Positions 30,384-39,500 of a DNA stretch of 64,000 bases are shown in pieces. Source of the stretch: Candidatus Zhuqueibacterota bacterium (lineage in GTDB: Bacteria > Zhuqueibacterota > Zhuqueibacteria > Thermofontimicrobiales > Thermofontimicrobiaceae); assembly GCA_049322915.1 (NCBI GenBank), contig JBMOPW010000014.1, positions 96,001-160,000 on the forward strand. Direction: 5' to 3'. The notes beneath the pieces are model-generated. The model was given only the letters and a program-made list of their open reading frames with translations, was not told the origin of the DNA and made no database searches. Made by a program: the position numbers and the translations under genes. Each line of letters begins with the position of its first letter. Position 1 is the first letter of the stretch.

Positions 30384-31280
30384 ATGAATGCGAAGAAATT
30401 TGATATTGCTATTGCATATAGAGTGTATCCAAAGGTATCAAAAAGAACGTATGTTTTCCAATATGATAAATTCAAATTGGTAAAACTGTGTTTAAAGTCC
30501 TTTAAAAAATCTCTTGGTGATTTGAAAGTAAAATTATTCGTGTTATTGGATGGTTGCCCGGATGAATACGAAACACTGTTTCGATCACTCTTTAGTGAAG
30601 ATGAAATTAAGATATACAGATTTGATGGGATTGGTAATAAAGCGACTTTCGAAAAACAGATTGATATTCTTTTGAATCAAAATTTTTCAGATACAATTTA
30701 TTTTGCTGAAGATGATTATTTTTATCTTCCCGGTCAATTTAAAAATTTGCTCGAGTTTTTAAAAGGCTTGCCCGGAGGAGCTTTTATTTCTCCTTATGAT
30801 CATCCGGATTATTATTCTTTACTTTTTCATAGAAATAAACACAAAGTGCATGTAATAGAAAATCGTCATTGGAGAACGGCGAATTCGACATGCCTGACTT
30901 TTTTGACGACAAAAGATGTCTTATTAAAAACACAAAGCGTCTTTAGAACCTATGCACATAACAACTTCGATTCGAGTTTATGGTTGAGTCTTACAAAAAA
31001 TAACCTGTATAATCCCGTATTGATGGTGAGGTTTTTGGCGAGCGAGCCATTCTATTTGAAATCGATATATAAATCGTGGTTACACTGTTGGAGACAAATT
31101 CTCTTCGGTAGAAAATGGGATTTGTGGATTCCAATCCCGACAATTGCGACGCACATGGATGAAGTTTATTTATCGAATGGAATTAATTGGAAAACCATCA
31201 TCGATCCTGAAGTTGAAAAAATCGAAGCTGAGTATAAAAAATTATCATCAAACTTGAGTATTGGTGACTATTTATCATAA
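30384..31280 (+). CDS. Glycosyltransferase, GT-A fold (GT2-like)
   Basis: LLDGC, GN..TF, YFAEDDY (DxD-type); position in locus. Confidence 0.65.
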   Translation: MNAKKFDIAIAYRVYPKVSKRTYVFQYDKFKLVKLCLKSFKKSLGDLKVKLFVLLDGCPDEYETLFRSLFSEDEIKIYRFDGIGNKATFEKQIDILLNQNFSDTIYFAEDDYFYLPGQFKNLLEFLKGLPGGAFISPYDHPDYYSLLFHRNKHKVHVIENRHWRTANSTCLTFLTTKDVLLKTQSVFRTYAHNNFDSSLWLSLTKNNLYNPVLMVRFLASEPFYLKSIYKSWLHCWRQILFGRKWDLWIPIPTIATHMDEVYLSNGINWKTIIDPEVEKIEAEYKKLSSNLSIGDYLS

Positions 31281-31456
31281 GACTGAAACATAAAATTTGT
31301 CCGTGATGCGCCGGTATTGGCAGTGCGTTTGAGTTTGAACGCCTTTTTCCAATGGTCTCTGGTTTCGTTATTCTCTACAGGCATGAAAATAGATGTGCCT
31401 GAAGCGAACCCGTCGAGTGGCCGAACAAGCGGCACTGACTTGAATGGATTTCTGAT

Positions 31457-32419
31457 ATGAACGAAATGGCTTCGCCCTCGGTAGCGATCATTATTTTGAA
31501 CTGGAACAACTGGCAGGATACAGTCGAATGCCTGGAATCGATTTCCCTGAACGATTATCTCAATTACCGGATCATCGTCGTCGATAACGGCTCTGCCGAC
31601 GATTCGGTGGCGCAGATTGGGCAGCGATTCAAATCCATTCAACTGCTGGAGACTGGAAAAAATCTTGGTTTTAGCGGCGGGGTCAATTTTGGCATCGAGC
31701 GGGCTAAGGCCACTGATTTGATTCTGCTTTTGAATAACGACACGCTGGTTGACCGCAGTTTTCTGACAGAACTGGTGCGGAAGATAGCCAGCGATCCGGC
31801 CATCGGTTTGGTCGGCGGAAAGATTTATCATTACGACAGCGAGCAGTGCCACGCCGGTTTTTCACGTTCGAACCAATGTAAAATCTGGTCCGCCGGCGGC
31901 GGCATTCATCAATTTACCAAGCGGACATTCCAGTACGGTGAGGGCAAAATCGACCGCGGCCAATGGGACAGGGAACGCGAGGTCGACTTCCTGTCCGGCT
32001 GTTGCCTGCTGGTCAGGCGGGATGTCATTGAAAAGATTGGGCTGCTGGATCCTGATTATTTCATGTATTACGAGGATGTGGATTTTTGTGTCCGGGCGAA
32101 GAAGGCCGGCTTTAAAATTTGCTTCACCCCGAAGTCGGTGATCTGGCATAAAGTAAGTAAAAGCTCAGATAAAAGCGAACGAGATTTTTATAGAATTCGA
32201 AATGCGATCATCATCTTGAGGAAGCAGTTTGGTTTCTCAAAGCTAAAAATTGTAATGGTTGTTGCCATCATTTCAATGGAACGTCTGCTCAGAATGCTCG
32301 CTCGAAAATTTATCTTATTCGATAAAGATAGTATCACAAAAAGAGCCGTACAGCTTTTTAGCGGGACTTTAAATGGCCTTAGATTTATCTCAACGCTTCA
32401 GACGAGATTCGAAAAATGA
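31457..32419 (+). CDS. Glycosyltransferase family 2 (rhamnosyltransferase-like)
   Basis: IILNWN, VVDNGSAD, NLGFSGGVN, LLNNDT, GCCLLVR, FMYYEDVD. Confidence 0.9.
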   Translation: MNEMASPSVAIIILNWNNWQDTVECLESISLNDYLNYRIIVVDNGSADDSVAQIGQRFKSIQLLETGKNLGFSGGVNFGIERAKATDLILLLNNDTLVDRSFLTELVRKIASDPAIGLVGGKIYHYDSEQCHAGFSRSNQCKIWSAGGGIHQFTKRTFQYGEGKIDRGQWDREREVDFLSGCCLLVRRDVIEKIGLLDPDYFMYYEDVDFCVRAKKAGFKICFTPKSVIWHKVSKSSDKSERDFYRIRNAIIILRKQFGFSKLKIVMVVAIISMERLLRMLARKFILFDKDSITKRAVQLFSGTLNGLRFISTLQTRFEK

Positions 32420-32486
32420 CGTCGCGTCAGTTCGACTTTTAATTTGGATTCATCACTCACGAAATCGATGAATTTCACAAAAGGTA

Positions 32487-33632
32487 ATGTTGATGAAGAT
32501 TTGCTTCGACGCCAGAGTTATCATCAATGAAAAAACTGGTATTGGAAATTATTCTTTGAATCTATTGAGGTCGCTGCTTGAGTTGGATCAACAGAATCTC
32601 TATACAGTCCTTGTAAATAGCCGGCTCGATGACGATCATGAAATCTATACACTGAACTACCCCAATCTGGTCAGAGAGAAGGTGAATATTCCGCCAGTCT
32701 CTATTCATCAGCAATACTTGATACCGTTCTTGCTCAGGAAAATTAAACCGGATATCTATCATTATCCAAATTGGGATGTTCCGATATTTCATCGATATAA
32801 GACAATTGTCACAATCCATGACTTGACCTATGTGTTGCACAGGAACCTGTACAAACGGTTTTATCATGCAAAGAAACTATATACCAGACTTAATATTTAC
32901 TGGGGACTGAAACAGGCTGAAAAAGTCATTGTCGTTTCAAAAAGCACGAAGGAAGATCTGGTCAAATATTTTCAGACACCTGAGCATAAAATTGAAGTCA
33001 TCTACGAAGCGATGAATCATCATTTCCTGAAAAATGGAAGTGCAAAAAATGAAATACGTGTCGATAGTCAAGACCTTTTTCAAAATAATAATTATTTTCT
33101 GTATGTTGGCGAAAGAAGGCCGCATAAAAATCTGGTTCGAATGATTGAAGCGTTCGCGCTGTTCAAGGAGCAGTCTCCGGGCAACTTCAAATTTTTAATT
33201 GGAGGCAAAGATTACAATCATTATGACGAACCGGAAAAAAAGGTGAACGAATTGGGGCTGTCCGGCGACGTTAATTTCATCGGCTACATCCCGGACGAGA
33301 AGTTGAAGCCCCTCTATTCGAAAGCGACCTGCTTCATGTTCGCGTCGATTTATGAAGGATTTGGCATTCCAATTCTGGAGGCGATGTCGTGCGGGACGCC
33401 GGTTATAACCTCCAATATTTCGTCCATGCCGGAGATCGCTGATAATGCGGCGATCAAAGTGAATCCGTATGATGTCGATGAAATCGCGAATGCCATGCTT
33501 GCCGTTGTCCGGGATGAAAACATAAGATCTGATTATGTCGAACGGGGAAAGGCCCGGGCAAGGGAATTCAGTTGGGAAAAAGCTGCAAAACAGACATTAG
33601 CGTTGTACGAAAAAATGAGAGTGGCTGATTAG
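32487..33632 (+). CDS. Glycosyltransferase family 4 (MtfB-like)
   Basis: TGIGNY, TIHDL, PHKN, EGFGIPILEAM. Confidence 0.9.
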   Translation: MLMKICFDARVIINEKTGIGNYSLNLLRSLLELDQQNLYTVLVNSRLDDDHEIYTLNYPNLVREKVNIPPVSIHQQYLIPFLLRKIKPDIYHYPNWDVPIFHRYKTIVTIHDLTYVLHRNLYKRFYHAKKLYTRLNIYWGLKQAEKVIVVSKSTKEDLVKYFQTPEHKIEVIYEAMNHHFLKNGSAKNEIRVDSQDLFQNNNYFLYVGERRPHKNLVRMIEAFALFKEQSPGNFKFLIGGKDYNHYDEPEKKVNELGLSGDVNFIGYIPDEKLKPLYSKATCFMFASIYEGFGIPILEAMSCGTPVITSNISSMPEIADNAAIKVNPYDVDEIANAMLAVVRDENIRSDYVERGKARAREFSWEKAAKQTLALYEKMRVAD

Positions 33633-33660
33633 CAAGTCGAAAGCCAGAGTTTAGTGGACA

Positions 33661-34818
33661 ATGAGAAAAATTAGAATTCTCCATATTCAGGTTCTGCCAA
33701 TTCTTAGCGGCGTTCAAAAGGCAATGTACGATATTTTGATTCGGTTGGACAGATCGAAATATGATATTACGGTGCTATGCCAATCCGAAGGCGAATTGAC
33801 TGAAGCCTTGAAACGTCAGCAAATTCGTTGCATCATTTTAAATGAATTGAAACGAGAGATCAATCCCTATTTTGATTTTGTGGCGTGTCTCAAGCTTTAC
33901 CGAATATTACGAAATGAAAAAATAGACATAATTCATACCCATTCTTCCAAGCCTGGTTTTGTTGGGCGTCTGGCTGCGAAAGCTGCCGGAATCAAATGTA
34001 TTGTTCATACGGTTCAGGGCTTTGCCTTTCATGAGCAATCTTCAAAGCTGTCGGTGCTGCTGTTCGGGATGATGGAGCGAATTGCCGGTTTGGCGTCAGA
34101 TCGGGTTATCATTGTCAATGACAAGGATCGCTTCGTTGCCGATCAGATGCGATTGGTTCCATCGAAAAAGATAACGACTATTTATAATGGAATTGATGTT
34201 GAATCCCTGAATTCAAAAGTCAGGAATGTCAGTCTCGATGAACTCATTGGCATCAAAAAAAATGGTGCGCTGGTTGGTATGGTCGCCCGTTTGTGGAAAC
34301 AGAAATCGCCACAGGATTTTATTCGTTCCATCCCGATTGTCGTGCGGGAAATACCGTCCGCAAGATTTCTTGTCATTGGTGATGGCCCGCTTCAGCCAGA
34401 GTTAGCCGAATTGAGTCGCGAATTAGGCGTTCAAGATAACGTCAGCTTTTTGGGCTGGCGAACGGATGTCCAGGATATTGTAAAGCAACTCGATGTCATG
34501 GTTTTGACGTCCCTGTGGGAAGGGCTGCCATTGACTCTCCTAGAGGGAATGGCGTTGTCAAAGCCGATTGTGGCAACAAATATCAAAGGCAACAACGAGT
34601 TAGTTGTCCATGAAATTACAGGCTTTTTAGCGTCACCGCGAGACTATCAGAAAATTGGTGAGTATACGTTAACACTATTAAAAAACAAACCGCTTGCAAG
34701 AAGCATGGGAGAACGAGCTTTTATTCGGGTGAAAGAAAAATTCGATATTCGAAATATTGTCGAGCAAATTAACTCGGAGTATCTGAAGCTATTAAAAAGC
34801 AAAGAAAAAGAGCTGTAG
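33661..34818 (+). CDS. Glycosyltransferase family 4
   Basis: HTHSSKPG, IYNGID, GDGPL, SLWEGLP..LLEGM. Confidence 0.9.
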   Translation: MRKIRILHIQVLPILSGVQKAMYDILIRLDRSKYDITVLCQSEGELTEALKRQQIRCIILNELKREINPYFDFVACLKLYRILRNEKIDIIHTHSSKPGFVGRLAAKAAGIKCIVHTVQGFAFHEQSSKLSVLLFGMMERIAGLASDRVIIVNDKDRFVADQMRLVPSKKITTIYNGIDVESLNSKVRNVSLDELIGIKKNGALVGMVARLWKQKSPQDFIRSIPIVVREIPSARFLVIGDGPLQPELAELSRELGVQDNVSFLGWRTDVQDIVKQLDVMVLTSLWEGLPLTLLEGMALSKPIVATNIKGNNELVVHEITGFLASPRDYQKIGEYTLTLLKNKPLARSMGERAFIRVKEKFDIRNIVEQINSEYLKLLKSKEKEL

Positions 34819-34855
34819 TCGAATAAAAAATATATTTAGTTAAGAGAGGCAGATT

Positions 34856-35914
34856 ATGATTTTGCTCCTTGGCACGTTGCTGCTTGCCTTTTCTGTTTCC
34901 ATTGGTTTTACACCGATGGTGCGTAAACTGGCTTTCAAAGTGAATGCGTGCGCAGTCCCAAATCATCGAACCATTCACGAGAGCGTCATGCCTAAGCTGG
35001 GAGGGGTTGCAATTTTCATGGCATTTTTGATCGGGCTGAGTATGGTCTTTCTTTTCACCGATCAATCATTCCAACCATTGAAGCGGGAAGCGTTGGTCTT
35101 TTTAGCCGCTTCCGTACTGATTTTGCTATTGGGCATTTACGATGACATCAAAGGCGCCAATGCCTATGAAAAATTTTCCATCCAATTGCTGGCGTCCATC
35201 ATTGTCATTGCCTTTGGCTACAAAGTGGAATCCGTGGTGAATCCATTTGGCGCCCCGATTTCGCTGGGAATTTTCAGCGTTCCATTCACCATCCTCTGGA
35301 TTGTTGGCATCAGCAACGCCGTCAATCTGATCGATGGCCTGGACGGTCTGGCCGCCGGCATCGGCCTGGGCGCGTCGCTCATCATGCTGGGAATTTCCCT
35401 GTATTTCGGCAACATCATGTCCGCATTTCCGGCCGCAATCCTGGCGGGCAGCATTGCCGGCTTTCTGATTTTCAATTACAATCCGGCGAAAATATTTTTA
35501 GGCGATTCAGGTAGTCTGCTCATCGGATTCCTGCTGGCGTGCTTCTCCATCAATGGGACATTTCGCAGCGATTCGGCGGTGGCTATTTATATCCCCATGG
35601 TTGTGCTGGGCATCCCCATTGTCGATACGCTTTTGGCGATGTTGCGCCGGCTGCGCAAAGGCATTCACCTGTTTCAGGCGGACCGGGAGCACATCCATCA
35701 TCGCCTGCTGCAAATGGGCCTGAGCCACCGGCAGGCCGTTCTGGCGCTGCACAGCGTGAGCCTGTTCTGGGGCCTGGTTGGTTTTGGCATGATGCTGTTC
35801 GATTATCACTACAGCATTTTTCTCCTCACCATTGTGCTGCTGTCGATTATTTTCGGCCTGAAGAAACTGGGCTTTGGAAAATATTTCGTGATGAAGACCT
35901 TGCGGCGCTCATAG
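34856..35914 (+). CDS. MraY/WecA-family polyprenyl-phosphate HexNAc-1-P transferase (copy 1)
   Basis: P.LGG.AI, GIYDD, NAVNLIDGLDGLA, IFLGDSG, DREHIHH. Confidence 0.92.
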   Translation: MILLLGTLLLAFSVSIGFTPMVRKLAFKVNACAVPNHRTIHESVMPKLGGVAIFMAFLIGLSMVFLFTDQSFQPLKREALVFLAASVLILLLGIYDDIKGANAYEKFSIQLLASIIVIAFGYKVESVVNPFGAPISLGIFSVPFTILWIVGISNAVNLIDGLDGLAAGIGLGASLIMLGISLYFGNIMSAFPAAILAGSIAGFLIFNYNPAKIFLGDSGSLLIGFLLACFSINGTFRSDSAVAIYIPMVVLGIPIVDTLLAMLRRLRKGIHLFQADREHIHHRLLQMGLSHRQAVLALHSVSLFWGLVGFGMMLFDYHYSIFLLTIVLLSIIFGLKKLGFGKYFVMKTLRRS

Positions 35915-36027
35915 TCCGCAATGGAAGCGCTCTGTCCTGCGGAGAATCAGCGCGTTGAGGCGAGCCGGATGGAGGGTGACAGATAGTGTGGCAATTCACT
36001 GAAAAAGTAAAAAGTGAGACAACGTGC

Positions 36028-36088
36028 ATAGCCCCGACTTTTAAGTCGGGGAACAGAAATTCATCTCTGATTTTCGGGCTTCAGCCCA
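36028..36088. repeat. REP-like double-hairpin element
   Basis: CCCCGACTT-TT-AAGTCGGGG followed by GGGCT-TC-AGCCC. Confidence 0.55.
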
Positions 36089-36220
36089 TTGTTAGCGCAG
36101 ACTCACTCTTAGCATGTGAAATTCAATTTTGTTTTACAACGAGATACATTTTTTCAGAATTGAAAAACTTCGACACAACTTATCTTTTGTGTCTTAGAAA
36201 CTTGTATGTTAAAAGTAATA

Positions 36221-36354
36221 ATATGAATGACCAGTTAAAGTTTTGTCGCCTATATTTTTATTCGACATACGCGTAGTGAACGGTCGCGACCGTCCACTAC
36301 AGATACAAAAAATTATCGAATTTATTGTACATGGTTTCGACTGGTCATTCATAT
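36221..36354. mobile_element. MITE-like element (TIR ATATGAATGACCAGT, TAATA flanks) enclosing a GTAG...CTAC REP-type palindrome
   Basis: Perfect 15-bp inverted ends; TAATA at 36216-36220 and 36355-36359; internal GTAGTGAACGGTCGCGACCGTCCACTAC at 36273-36300. Confidence 0.8.
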
Positions 36355-36504
36355 TAATAGTTAAAATCTTCGTGGCTGAATAGTCACAAATGGAGAAGTG
36401 ACGTTCGATGCGAACGCTGAACCGGGGGATTTATTCGGGATAGAATTGATGCGCGCCATGGGGCGCGAATTTTGGGCAGGGTAACTCTACATTTTATCAG
36501 TCAC

Positions 36505-39500
36505 ATGAAATCGAATCGATGCACCGGCGCGCCGGGATACCTTACACTTTTGTTGGCATTGTTATTCATTCCGCACCTGGCAACGGCCACGGCGGACTCC
36601 CCGGTTGTGGATATTCTCGAAAGCACACCGGCGCGGATTGTGTTTTCAGTCCGGCCGTTTCAGGTCACCTTTCAGCCGAAAACCGTGGACGGCGTTGTTT
36701 ATTCGCTGCCCTCGATTCCGGGCTATTCTCTTTCGCAGGCGCCCGGCAAACCACAACTTCCTCATTACGGACTGCTGGTCGGCATTCCTGAAAACGCCGC
36801 GCCCTCAATCGAACAGCTCTCGCTTCAAACATCGCAAATGCCCCGGCAGAAAATTTATCCCTCGCCGGCATTGGAGCTCACTGGCGATGCCGGTCAGGAA
36901 TATCTGACCGAAAAATTCACCATCGATGAAGGCCTGTATTCGACCAACAGCTATCACCCGCAACAAGCAGTCACCATTTCTTCCATCGGCTATGTGCGCG
37001 GACAGCGCATTGCCCGGATTGAATTCAATCCGCTTTCGTATAACCCGATCAGCGATGATGTGAGAAAAATTGAATCATTGATATTCGCTGTCAATTTCAA
37101 TGCGCCGAATGCAGATCAACGCGTAACCCCGGCGACGCGGGGGAAGAGCGATCCATTCGATGCCATATCCGGCAGGCTGCTGACAAATTATTCGATTGCC
37201 AGGAACTGGAAAATACCGGGGGCAACAATGGGGGCGCAATTCGCCGAAGCCAAAAACATGATGGACTGGCACGATCCGAATAACACCTATTTTCAACTGA
37301 CAGTGAGCCAATCCGGGATCTACAGATTGGATCAGGCGTACCTGGTCAATAATGGGATCAACGTCGGAGCAATCAATCCGCAGACGATGAAAATCTTCAA
37401 CAGAGGAATAGAAATTCCCCTTTTCGTGAAAGGTGAAGAAGACGGCCGATTCGATGCCGAAGATTATGCGGCGTTTTACGGGAAAAAGAACCCCGGGGAC
37501 AGCACGTACTACGACCTTTACAGCGACGATAATGTCTATTGGCTGACCTGGGACGATACGCCCGGGTCCCGAATGGAAGTGCGCGCCAGCCTTGCTGCAA
37601 GCCGGCACGCACCGCAGGTCTACATTGAAAAAGTCTATCTGGAACAAGAAAATGTTTTTCATGAAGGCGATAATAGCATTGCAACACTCACCACGGATCT
37701 GGTGGACGGAGAGGGCTGGGTCTGGTGCTTTCTGTACGGCGGTGATAATCAGATTGCCAATTTCCAGGTGAGCCAAATTGCCGATACCGCCATTGACTGC
37801 ACGATTAAAGTCAAGCTACATGGCACAACGCGCGACCCGGTTTTTCCCGATCATCACGTGCAGATTGTCCTGAACGACGCTGTTCTGGATGACGTGTATC
37901 TGGACAATACCGAAACATTGTTTTATGCCAAAACTTTTGACAGGAGCCTGTTGCGGGAAGGTGAAAATGAAATCGAAGTGAAATCCGTCGGCGATACCGG
38001 GGCTGAGCTGGACCAGATTTATCTGGATCGGATCGAGGTAGAATATCCGCGCCAGTTGATCGCTGAAAAGAATCAGATCAGATACACATTCGCGCCGTCC
38101 GCGCCGACTTCCGCCCGGTTCGAACTGTGGGATTTTGCAAGCCCGAATCTAAAAGTCTTCGATGTGAGACATCAGGAGATCATCCAGCCGGAGATCATTG
38201 CGCCCGGAAAAAAAATCACTCTGCGCGTGCGCTCCGCCGGATTCGATGACGGCAATTCCGTCGCCATGTACATCAACGGCAAGTGGGTTTTTGGTAACCT
38301 GTCCCGCGGACACAATCTCATGGTGCTCGATGAGCGAACCGGCCAGGTGTTGGACAGGCGTGGTTATGATACATTTGACACAGCAGACGCTGCAGATAGT
38401 CTGGCCGCTTATATTCAGCGCATTCCCCCCGGGAGGCTGGTGCTGGCGGGCATCAAGGACGAGGGTTCTGTTCTGATGAACGAGGCGGCGCATCAGGCGC
38501 TGGAGAGTCTCGGGAGCCAGTTCACCCGCAATGTGAAATTTCGTGATTCGTGGGCGCTGATTGGACGAAAGGGAGCAGCCGCTGGCAGCGTGCCGGAAAA
38601 ACTGACGCCCACTGGTACCGGCGCGGCTGACCTGGTGAGCGTTCAAATTCTCCCCGGCGACGGATCGGAATACTACGTGGCCTTCAATGATTCGCTGGTG
38701 AATGAAAGAACCTATCTGGTTGTCAGCGAAGATTCCATGAGACACCCGGATCGCATGAAAGTTGCCCGGCCGTTCAGCCTGAGGGAGACGGAGCCCGGCG
38801 CGGATTACATCATCATCACCCATGAAAATTTTCTGAGCGGCGCCCATGCGCTGGCGCAATACCGGAGCGAACACAACGACCTCCGAACGAAAGTGATCAT
38901 GATTGACGACGTATACGATGAATTCAATTACGGCATTGTCGATCCCCGGGCGGTCAAAGATTTTCTGTACTATGCCTATAGCCATTGGCGCGAGCCGGCG
39001 CCGACGTATCTGGTTCTGTTCGGTGATGCGAGTTATGATTTCAAAAAAAATTCCGGCGAAACGGCCAAGGAAAATTTCGTCCCATCCTATGGCAGCCCGG
39101 TCAGCGATAACTGGTACGTCTGCTTCGATGGCCCGGACGATTTCCTGCCGGAGATGATTGTCGGGAGGATCCCGGTGGAGACTGCGGATCAGGCGGACAT
39201 CATTCTGGATAAGATTATGATTTACGAAAGCGCGCCCTCTGCCGGATGGAAGAAAGACATGCTGTTCATCACCGGCGGGTTCAATCAGGGGGAGCAAGCG
39301 ACGTTCATGGCGCAGACAAATACGTTGATTGAAAAATACATCGCTGTCCCGCCTTCGCTGTGCCATCCGTTTCAAATCAATAAACTGACAACCGGTTATA
39401 TCGCCGGCGAGAAAAGTCAGGAGATCATTCACGCGTTCGAAACCGGGAAGCTGTGGATCAACTTTCTGGGCCATGCCGGGAGCAATACCTGGGATTTGAT

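Noticed and set aside
35986..36276. Small ORFs in repeat regions (35986-36276, 21918-22115)
   Set aside because: They run through REP/MITE sequences and lack protein-like features
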